36,133 nucleotides of DNA from contig JBBRTP010000001.1 in the NCBI GenBank assembly GCA_038244255.1, positions 1 through 36,133 on the forward strand, read 5' to 3'. Under the pieces are notes generated by a model. The model saw only the letters and a program-made list of their open reading frames with translations, ran no database searches and had not been told where the DNA came from. The first letter of the stretch is position 1. Each line of letters begins with the position of its first letter. The stretch comes from Candidatus Saccharimonadia bacterium. Lineage in GTDB: Bacteria; Patescibacteriota; Saccharimonadia; UBA4664. Both the position numbers and the translations under genes were made by a program. Of the stretch, positions 8,430 to 15,022 are shown one piece after another.

Positions 8430-8957
8430 TTAGGCGGGCTGGATCGACTGAGCTAGGAGATCGAAGGGATTCCAGTCGAGTGCTACCTCAAGATTGCGCT
8501 CCTCGGAAGGACGTACGTAGTAGGGCTCGTACATGCGTTCCGACGGGCGATCGGACCAGGCAACCAGTCTCATACCTACCCTGAGCTCCAGCTCCGAAAT
8601 AAGAGAACCTAGCCATTCGTGGGTTGCAGCCTCGGCCGTGGCCACAATGAGAGCTGCTTGTTGCGCGGGCGGGATGATCGATCCATACCCACACTCACGG
8701 CAATGACGATCACGTGCTAGAGCCCCGATGATCCACACGTTCCAACGCTCTCCATGAGAGGGATGGCCGGCGTGCGGCAGAGCCTCACCTCTTTTGATTA
8801 CTGGGTAGAGCCCCACACTCTCCCATCGTTCAGTTACGGAGGAACAGATCCGGCATTGCAGCCGAACTTCGATACCGACTCCTGGGATCATGTCACTGAC
8901 ACCTTTGGCATGTTGGGCAGCTTCTTTGGCCGACACTCTCCAGCTGATAACATCCAT
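8430..8957 (-). CDS. hypothetical protein with two CxxC pairs (zinc-ribbon-like)
   Basis: AAGGAG SD upstream. CRIC and CREC motifs are present. A terminator (TCGCCCC-cgga-GGGGCGA) lies downstream. Confidence 0.6.
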   Translation of the reverse strand: MDVISWRVSAKEAAQHAKGVSDMIPGVGIEVRLQCRICSSVTERWESVGLYPVIKRGEALPHAGHPSHGERWNVWIIGALARDRHCRECGYGSIIPPAQQAALIVATAEAATHEWLGSLISELELRVGMRLVAWSDRPSERMYEPYYVRPSEERNLEVALDWNPFDLLAQSIQPA

Positions 8958-9069
8958 GCGAGCGCTCCTTGGTTGAAGGACAGTACGCCCAGCGCATGTG
9001 CGTTGAGATAGCTCAGATTAACATCATTTAGCCGTTTAGGCAATCATAAGCGCTTCACCCCATACTTAC

Positions 9070-10362
9070 CTACTTATCGAAGTACCTGATACTCCCAAAC
9101 GGGATCTTATCCTTCATGGGGTTCTTGCTTTTGATCACCTTGGCCGGCACGGCGGTGAGCTCACCGTATTTGTCGTTCACGGCGTTTAAGGCGTCCTCGA
9201 GCCGCTCCAGACGCACGTCCTCGCTCTCATACAACGCCAGCTGATCGGTCCGCGCCGGCTCTACAGCGTAGGCTGTGATGGCCAGCGACCCCAGCACGCG
9301 CCCGGGCGGGCTCTCGCCGAAGAGATCCATGGCCCGAAGGTAGAGCTGGTCGGCGCGGCGCGCGCTCGCGGCATACATCCGGCGGCCATGCCAACCCGAG
9401 CCATGCTGAAGCCTCCCCCACCTTGGCCCGGCCGGGTCGCCCACGTAGCCAAATTGGATCGCCAGCCCCCGCGCCGCGAGATTATTCACCTTGAGACGGC
9501 GTGCCACCTTGGCGGCCGCCTTGTAGAGGAGCGCCGCGATCTCCTCCGGATCGGCCGTGCGGTGCTCCAATACGTAGCTACGGCCGACGGTTCTGATGCC
9601 AAAGTCCACCTCGGTCTCATAGCCGCGCAGCTTGAGATACCTGTGGTGGCCGTTGATGCTTTTAAAAACTCGTTTGGTGAGCGTGGCTTCGGTAGCGGCC
9701 AGGAACTCCAGCGGCGTATAGATGCCAGCGTCGTTGAGCCGTATCTGATTACGCCGCTTAATGTAGGGCAGATCGGTCAGGCGCATCACGCCGTAAACAA
9801 CCTCCAGATTCTCCTGGTCGATGGTGTAGAGCCCGTCCGGCTTGAGGAATCCCGCCCCCAGCTTGGCCAGCCAGCGGTTACTAGCGATGCCAATGTTTAC
9901 CTTCATGTAGTCCCCCACCTCATCGCGAATCCGCTGCTTGATCTCGGCCGCCACGTCTTCCAGCGGTCGCCCCTTCATGATCCGCCGCATGCCAGTGAAG
10001 TCGATCACCCCCTCGTCGATACTCTTCATATAGGCCGTCTGCGAGTAGCTCTCGAAGATGGCTTTGAGCTTACGGTGCACGTACTGATACTTGGGCGCGT
10101 CGCTCTCGAGCATCACAAACCCCGGTGCCCGTAGCCGAGCCTCGCGATACCTCGTGCCCAGCGTGACCCCCAGCCGCTTGGCCTCATAGGAGGCCGTAAT
10201 GCAGATGGAGTAATCGTTAATACGGTTGGTAACCCCCACCGGCCGGCCGCGCAAGAGCGGATTGGCCTGCTGCTCGGTCATGGCGAAGGCCGAGTTGAGA
10301 TCGATATGCATGATCTCGGGGGGTTCGGGGTTGATGCGTAGGTTCATATGTTGACTATTCAA
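9070..10362 (-). CDS. dinB: Y-family DNA polymerase (DinB / Pol IV-like)
   Basis: MHIDLNSAFAMTEQQANPLLRGRPVGV and SIDEGVIDF motifs retain the catalytic D and DE. The second Asp of the DxD box is Asn. Confidence 0.85.
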   Translation of the reverse strand: MNSQHMNLRINPEPPEIMHIDLNSAFAMTEQQANPLLRGRPVGVTNRINDYSICITASYEAKRLGVTLGTRYREARLRAPGFVMLESDAPKYQYVHRKLKAIFESYSQTAYMKSIDEGVIDFTGMRRIMKGRPLEDVAAEIKQRIRDEVGDYMKVNIGIASNRWLAKLGAGFLKPDGLYTIDQENLEVVYGVMRLTDLPYIKRRNQIRLNDAGIYTPLEFLAATEATLTKRVFKSINGHHRYLKLRGYETEVDFGIRTVGRSYVLEHRTADPEEIAALLYKAAAKVARRLKVNNLAARGLAIQFGYVGDPAGPRWGRLQHGSGWHGRRMYAASARRADQLYLRAMDLFGESPPGRVLGSLAITAYAVEPARTDQLALYESEDVRLERLEDALNAVNDKYGELTAVPAKVIKSKNPMKDKIPFGSIRYFDK

Positions 10363-10378
10363 TAATATTACGTATAAT
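10351..10378 (+). promoter_or_regulatory. near-consensus promoter TTGACT-16-TATAAT
   Basis: Read directly from the sequence. It overlaps the dinB start codon and faces the 10428 gene. Confidence 0.55.
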
Positions 10379-10427
10379 ATGCAACCAAGACGGTCGCCCG
10401 ACCGCTCGCACCTCGCGCCAACTCAAG

Positions 10428-10832
10428 ATGGGAGCTCCGATGACCACAACGGCCACCGAAGACCGCACCAGCTACCCCAGCCTCCGCCCACACCACGACG
10501 ACGCCCTCCAGCCACTCGACCTCGTGCCTGGCCTCTGGATCGAGTACTTCGACGCCACCGAGGTCGGGGGGCCCAACGGCAGATCGACCCGTGACTACGG
10601 CCGTCGCTACGTCATCAGGCCCCCACACTGGGTGAACGGCAAGCTGGTCGTCACCCTGCTGACGAGCCCCGACTACCTGACCGACCCGCAGATCGCCGCC
10701 GGCGTCTTCGAGCGTCCCCAGACCACGAAGACCGAGCTCGCGAACCTCGGCATGGTGCCGGAGACAAACGGCCAGTGGCGCAATGCCTGGGTCATCAGAT
10801 CCGCGGATCAGTCCAGCCGCAAGACCGCCTAG
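10428..10832 (+). CDS. hypothetical protein, GC3-rich (start may be the ATG at 10440 behind GGGAG)
   Basis: Listed in the ORF track, with a promoter upstream and a terminator downstream. It is preferred over the antisense ORF 10368-10838. Confidence 0.55.
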   Translation: MGAPMTTTATEDRTSYPSLRPHHDDALQPLDLVPGLWIEYFDATEVGGPNGRSTRDYGRRYVIRPPHWVNGKLVVTLLTSPDYLTDPQIAAGVFERPQTTKTELANLGMVPETNGQWRNAWVIRSADQSSRKTA

Positions 10833-10857
10833 CACCACCCATCACGAGTTGGCGAAC

Positions 10858-10891
10858 GGCCCCCTGCGATGCGCAAGCATCAACGGGGGCC
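10858..10891 (+). terminator. terminator hairpin
   Basis: GGCCCCC...GATGC-gcaa-GCATC...GGGGGCC. Confidence 0.55.
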
Positions 10892-10933
10892 TCGTCATGT
10901 CTAGCCGCTTTTCGATCCTCTAAAGTCCCTTAT

Positions 10934-10995
10934 GTCATCCTGGACTTGATTCAGGATCTCTTCGGAAAGATCCTCCGGTCGAGCCGTAGGATGAC
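10934..10995. repeat. imperfect palindrome built from two GTCATCCT...AGGATC units
   Basis: GTCATCCTGGACTTGATTCAGGATC-tcttcggaaa-GATCCTCCGGTCGAGCCGTAGGATGAC. A related unit occurs at 16313-16337. Confidence 0.5.
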
Positions 10996-11061
10996 AAAAG
11001 AGCCAAGGCAAAGCAGTCATCCGTCATTGCGAGGCCGCGTAGCCGGCCGCGGCAATCTCGA

Positions 11062-11319
11062 TCAGCCATAAAAGACCTCTTTGAGCGTCCACTCAAGCGT
11101 CTCGGGGTCGAGCTCCACGCGGAAGGCCGTCTCGCCCGAGGAGAAGCTAAAGATGTGAATCTGCTTGGTCCCCCGCCGCTCGGGGTGGTAGAGGCCCATG
11201 ATGCCCAGCTTGTAGCGCCGGCCCTGCCACTTCATGAGGTAGGGCGTGACCTGCACGGTGTTGTGCGGGCCCGGTACAAAAGCCGCCAGGATACTCACTT
11301 GGTCGTTGCATCTGTCCAT
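11062..11319 (-). CDS. hypothetical 85-aa protein downstream of the RT
   Basis: GGAG SD lies 7 nt before the ATG at 11319 (MDRCNDQ...). The ORF-track version 11062-11388 overlaps the RT stop codon. No recognisable domain. Confidence 0.5.
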   Translation of the reverse strand: MDRCNDQVSILAAFVPGPHNTVQVTPYLMKWQGRRYKLGIMGLYHPERRGTKQIHIFSFSSGETAFRVELDPETLEWTLKEVFYG

Positions 11320-11378
11320 TTGCCGCTCCTCTAGATCCGATACTATACCGTACATAAACCGAACGCAAGTGGTAAAGT

Positions 11379-12311
11379 TTATAGCCAAATCTTAGTCTTT
11401 ATGTCCTGCCTCAAACGATAACTATTAGCGTGCATGCAAAGCCCAAGGTACGACGAAATGTTAGCCTCATTTACCCGCTGTATCATCCGTAGCTTGGTCC
11501 TATTCCTGAGGCCAATGCTATGCGGTTTTACCACGTAGCCCAAGAAATCAATTCCCTGTCCCCAGCTGCGAATCGTCGTCTTACCCGGATGCAGAGTTAG
11601 CCCTAGCCGGTCATACAGAAACTCGGTCAGGACAGGGATTAGATCAAACAGGTGCTGCCGGCTAGTACTCAGGATTATAAAGTCGTCACAGTAGCGCAGA
11701 TACTGTTTCTCTCTAAGATGGTTCTTCACAAACCAATCAAACTCATGTAGGTAGACGTTAGCAAAGAGCTGGCTCGTCAGGTTACCCAGCGGGATCCCCT
11801 TGCCGGAGCTTGCGGGCAGGCTATCGATAATTGTTTGCAATAACTCTAAAGTTCTCTCGTCACCGATCCGCCGCTCAAGTAGATCCATCAGTATCGCATG
11901 ATCGACCGACGCAAAGAACTGTCTAACATCACATTTGAGGGCGTAGACCGTCTGCGTATTGTTTGTACTAGCTTGGCGCAGGAAGGTACGTAGTCGCGTC
12001 ACCGCCGCATGAGTACCTTTTTGCTTGCGACAAGAGTAACTGTCATGGATGAAACGACGATCAAACAATGGCTCGATGGCGCTGACAATCGCCTGGTGGA
12101 CGAGGCGATCCTCGACGGTGGCTTTATGAATTCGGCGCTGCTTGGGATCGCAGATCGTAAACGGACTATACCTACCATGTCGGTAGCTACCAGACTCAAG
12201 CTTTTGCTGTAATTCAAAGATGTTCACCTCGAGATGGCGTTCGTATCGCAGAACATCGGTACGTGAACGCTTACCCCGTTTAAACTTGTCCCAAGCGGCA
12301 AATAGCGCCAC
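11379..12311 (-). CDS. DGR-type reverse transcriptase
   Basis: RT motifs are present, including motif 4 IPLGNLTSQ (the DGR hallmark [ILV]GxxxSQ) and YCDD. There is no maturase/endonuclease tail. GTG start. TR, VR and Avd lie adjacent. Confidence 0.9.
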   Translation of the reverse strand: MALFAAWDKFKRGKRSRTDVLRYERHLEVNIFELQQKLESGSYRHGRYSPFTICDPKQRRIHKATVEDRLVHQAIVSAIEPLFDRRFIHDSYSCRKQKGTHAAVTRLRTFLRQASTNNTQTVYALKCDVRQFFASVDHAILMDLLERRIGDERTLELLQTIIDSLPASSGKGIPLGNLTSQLFANVYLHEFDWFVKNHLREKQYLRYCDDFIILSTSRQHLFDLIPVLTEFLYDRLGLTLHPGKTTIRSWGQGIDFLGYVVKPHSIGLRNRTKLRMIQRVNEANISSYLGLCMHANSYRLRQDIKTKIWL

Positions 12312-12312
12312 T

Positions 12313-12753
12313 ATGGAGACTGCTTCATTAAAACTTACCGAGGAATCTTTATGCCTAACAGGAACAAAATCTCGCCCCCCCCCTAAACTGAAGGGTAAGC
12401 TGTCCGGTGGGCTGTTTGATGTACCGATTATTCATACGCTCTACCAAACGTATCATTCCTGGAACGATTTATTGCTAAAGTTTCCTAAGGCTCAACGCTA
12501 CACACTAGGGCAGACTTGCCAAACGCAGCTGCTCACCCTCCTTGAAGCTACCGTGAGCGCAGCCGGGATAGCTGAAACCGAGTCTAAGGTAAAACAGCTG
12601 CGTCTTGCCTCGGCCAAGCTGGACGTATTACGTCTCCTGGTACGGCTCTGTAAGGACTGCAAATGCATCTCTAACGAAGCTTATCTGGAGACCGAATCCA
12701 AACTACACGAGATCGGACGCATGCTCGGTGGTTGGATCAAAGCTACCTCATAG
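12313..12753 (+). CDS. avd: Avd-like four-helix-bundle DGR accessory protein
   Basis: FPKAQRYTLGQTCQTQLLTLLEATVSAA...LRLASAKLDVLRLLVRLCKDCKCISNEAYLETESKLHEIGRMLGGWIK fits the family. The start is uncertain: ATG 12313, or ATG 12220 which would overlap the RT. Confidence 0.75.
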   Translation: METASLKLTEESLCLTGTKSRPPPKLKGKLSGGLFDVPIIHTLYQTYHSWNDLLLKFPKAQRYTLGQTCQTQLLTLLEATVSAAGIAETESKVKQLRLASAKLDVLRLLVRLCKDCKCISNEAYLETESKLHEIGRMLGGWIKATS

Positions 12754-12757
12754 AAAT

Positions 12758-12788
12758 AGTAAAGGAGCGCGATTAGCACTCCTTTACT
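12758..12788. other. 10-bp hairpin 11 nt from the 3' end of the TR
   Basis: AGTAAAGGAG-cgcgattagca-CTCCTTTACT. It could be the avd terminator, part of the DGR RNA spacer structure, or both. Confidence 0.5.
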
Positions 12789-12799
12789 ATATCGAGCAG

Positions 12800-12916
12800 T
12801 CCCTGAAGGCAACCATGGCAGTCTTGTGCCACCTGTTGTCATCCCAGTTGTTGTCGACATAGGCCTTGCGGCCATTGCGGTTGAAGTTCGGCAGGTTCCC
12901 GGAGTCGACGACCAAC
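12800..12916 (-). repeat. DGR template repeat (TR)
   Basis: Ungapped 117-bp match to 13287-13403. All 17 mismatches are A on the minus strand here. There are seven AAC/AAT codons when read in the VR frame. Confidence 0.9.
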
Positions 12917-13143
12917 TAGTTATGCACTCTTAGCCTTGCGTATCACTGAGCCCAGACGCATCCAGACTCTGTATTTTATGCGAGATCAACCATCTCAAGC
13001 CAAGAGCACGGAGTGCTTGATAAGCCACCTGCGCACTCTAGCAACCCGTAAGCGACTAGATCCTGGCAGTAATGTGGCAATCAAGAGATTTCGGCGACCA
13101 TAACTCCGTAAAGTCGGATTCATTAGCCTACTTTCCAGTTTTG

Positions 13144-13152
13144 ATTATACCA
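13144..13152 (-). promoter_or_regulatory. candidate extended -10 (TGgTATAAT) that could drive the TR transcript
   Basis: The minus strand reads TGGTATAAT. No clear -35 element. Confidence 0.3.
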
Positions 13153-13279
13153 AGACATGAAGAAGGGGCGCTCCTCCAACCTCTACTTTCGTAAAAATTG
13201 AATTTGCGCCCCTGCGGGGCGGAGGGCCAAGGAACAGAGTCCAAGGCCCTCCAAGCCCCAAGGGACCTAAGTCCGAGCC

Positions 13280-14080
13280 CTACAACTCCCTGAAGGCAAC
13301 CATGGCAGTCCCGTGCCACCTGCGGCCATCCCAGTAGCCGCCGACAAAGGCCTTGCGGCCATCGCGGAGGAAGCGCGGCAGGCTCCCGGAGCCGACGACC
13401 AACCCTGAGGCCAACATGAACGGGATGATAGTGCCATCCATTTTCACGTAGACCTGCGGGTTCAGCGCCAGTAGCCAAGCTACTTCGAGCCCAGGCCAGA
13501 ATCGCTGGAGCCGTCGCACCTCGGAAGGAACCACACCATCGGTGGGGTCCCAGTAGGTCTCAAGATCGAGGCCAACCGGTCCGAGACACTTCGTGTCCTC
13601 TTGCTCACTTTGCTCACTGCCGACATAGAAGCTCGTGCGACCGGGACCAGTATAGTCCTCGAAGGCAAAACCGCAAGCTTTGGCTTCATCCTCGAGCCAA
13701 GCTATGGCCTCGGCTCGGTCATGCTCCAGGCCCTTACCGAGCCGGATGGTGACACCGGTGGGCCGGAGTCTCCCAGCGTGATCCGTGAGATTAGCCGCCA
13801 AGGCAGCGGACTGCTTCTTAGTGAAGCCCCAGCCACGTAGCCTACTGCGAGCCATGATGCGCTCGACGTACTGGCTGACCGGCGTCCATGGGATGTCGGG
13901 AGCCGCTGGCGTAAGCAGTGTCGCGAAGGCACCGCGGTCGACCTGCGAGAGGTCGGCGTCGAGCATCCTCTGGATGAGATCACCGTTACCGAGCAGGTTC
14001 TGTACTTGCTCGACGGTCGGCTCGTCCCCGAAGAGGCTCAAGAGCTTCCGGGTCTGCTTCATCGTAGCGGGTGTCGGCAT
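13280..14080 (-). CDS. DGR target (variable) protein with a VR-encoded C-terminus
   Basis: ORF track lists 13280-14116 with a GTG start. The ATG at 14080 behind AGGCGG is preferred. The C-terminus is ...GGYWDGRRWHGTAMVAFREL, like the C-terminal variable regions of known DGR targets (comparison from memory). GC3-rich. Confidence 0.8.
   Translation of the reverse strand: MPTPATMKQTRKLLSLFGDEPTVEQVQNLLGNGDLIQRMLDADLSQVDRGAFATLLTPAAPDIPWTPVSQYVERIMARSRLRGWGFTKKQSAALAANLTDHAGRLRPTGVTIRLGKGLEHDRAEAIAWLEDEAKACGFAFEDYTGPGRTSFYVGSEQSEQEDTKCLGPVGLDLETYWDPTDGVVPSEVRRLQRFWPGLEVAWLLALNPQVYVKMDGTIIPFMLASGLVVGSGSLPRFLRDGRKAFVGGYWDGRRWHGTAMVAFREL
13287..13403 (-). repeat. DGR variable repeat (VR)
   Basis: It forms the last 39 codons of the target ORF and differs from the TR only at TR adenines. 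Confidence 0.9.
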
Positions 14081-14265
14081 GACAGTCCGCCTATTCTGCC
14101 GTCTAATTCTAGTCACGCACGGTGCGCGGTAGACTCAGACCAAGGTGTGAGAACGGCATACTGAGACCAAAAAGGAATTGGTCACAAAATACCGCTCTCA
14201 ACTGAAATGTAACGGATTGTCAAAATACAAATGTATTATACTACTAAACACTTATTCTGTCAATA

Positions 14266-14676
14266 TTATGTATTAGGCACTAACCTGGCGCTCGGTGCCT
14301 GATTGGCTAGCTTCGCATCAAACGTCCAGAGCGGCTCGGCATGGTTAAGCTCGGCGTAAGTGGCTAGGCAGCAGTCTTCGAAGGAGAGCTTGGGGTTACT
14401 GGAGTACAGCGGTAGCGCCCACTCAAAGAGTCCACGGTTACAGTTAATCTCAGCCAGTGCCATAACGCCGGTGACGGCCTCGGCCACTTGAGCACGAGTG
14501 AACTCATAATTGCGCTCTAGCACAAAGACCACCTCAATAATCGCCGTGTCGGCGATGGCAAATTGGCCCTGCGCAGCCTCGAACAGTCGAGCCACTGCCC
14601 GGTGCTGATCGGCAACGTCGTTCAGGAGTAATCGCAGAAGCACATTAGCATCGAGTGAACCAGCGAACGCTGCCAT
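14266..14676 (-). CDS. vapC: PIN-domain toxin
   Basis: The acidic tetrad context is present (LDANVLL, IIEVVFV, FEDCCLA, WTFD). It abuts the antitoxin gene. Confidence 0.85.
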   Translation of the reverse strand: MAAFAGSLDANVLLRLLLNDVADQHRAVARLFEAAQGQFAIADTAIIEVVFVLERNYEFTRAQVAEAVTGVMALAEINCNRGLFEWALPLYSSNPKLSFEDCCLATYAELNHAEPLWTFDAKLANQAPSARLVPNT

Positions 14677-14936
14677 TACTGCCCTACCCCACGATGAGCC
14701 TGATAATACTCGTCGACACTCACTACTGGGCGAGTACGGGGCTTAACGTAGCGCGAGATCCGCTCACTGAGCTCAGCTATATTCACGAGCTTCGAGATCA
14801 CCAGCTCGCCCTTACGCTCGTCAAAGCTTATCAGTAGTACGCCGCCGGTCTTGTCCAAGCCAAGCTTACGACGCACCGGTGCCGGCAGGGTCGTCTGACC
14901 CTTAGTAGTAATTGTAATCGTATTCTTCATGCTCAT
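14676..14936 (-). CDS. vapB: AbrB/SpoVT-fold antitoxin
   Basis: ITITTKGQTTLPAPVRRKLGL motif. Its stop overlaps the vapC start. Confidence 0.75.
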   Translation of the reverse strand: MSMKNTITITTKGQTTLPAPVRRKLGLDKTGGVLLISFDERKGELVISKLVNIAELSERISRYVKPRTRPVVSVDEYYQAHRGVGQ

Positions 14937-15022
14937 TACTATACACAATTGTATTACTTATTGCAAAATGTAATGGATTAGCATCTTGGGCAAAGAAAGA
15001 GCCACCCTATTACGAGGGTGGC

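Larger units (their letters stand above)
11379..14080 (-). mobile_element. diversity-generating retroelement, whole cassette (target-VR, TR, inverted avd, RT)
   Basis: This is the sum of the component features listed above. Confidence 0.88.

Noticed and set aside
9388-10134. Long alternative-frame or antisense ORFs inside well-supported genes (for example 9388-10134, 8018-8584, 20215-20865 and 23560-24258).
   Set aside because: Each is embedded in a gene with clear family motifs on the other strand or in another frame. None has a start signal.
10368-10838. A 156-aa minus-strand ORF mirroring 10428-10832.
   Set aside because: High-GC DNA leaves both strands open. Only the plus-strand frame has a consensus promoter, an SD and a downstream terminator.
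11379-12311. Alternative identities for the RT: group II intron, retron or defence-associated RT.
   Set aside because: I saw no maturase/endonuclease domain, no intron domain V/VI-like RNA and no msr/msd inverted repeats. The adenine-specific TR/VR pair, the Avd partner and the GxxxSQ motif fit a DGR.
12220-12312. A longer avd ORF starting at the ATG at 12220.
   Set aside because: It would overlap the first about 30 codons of the RT on the opposite strand, and the extra residues are Arg/Ser-rich and unlike the family. It is kept only as an alternative start.
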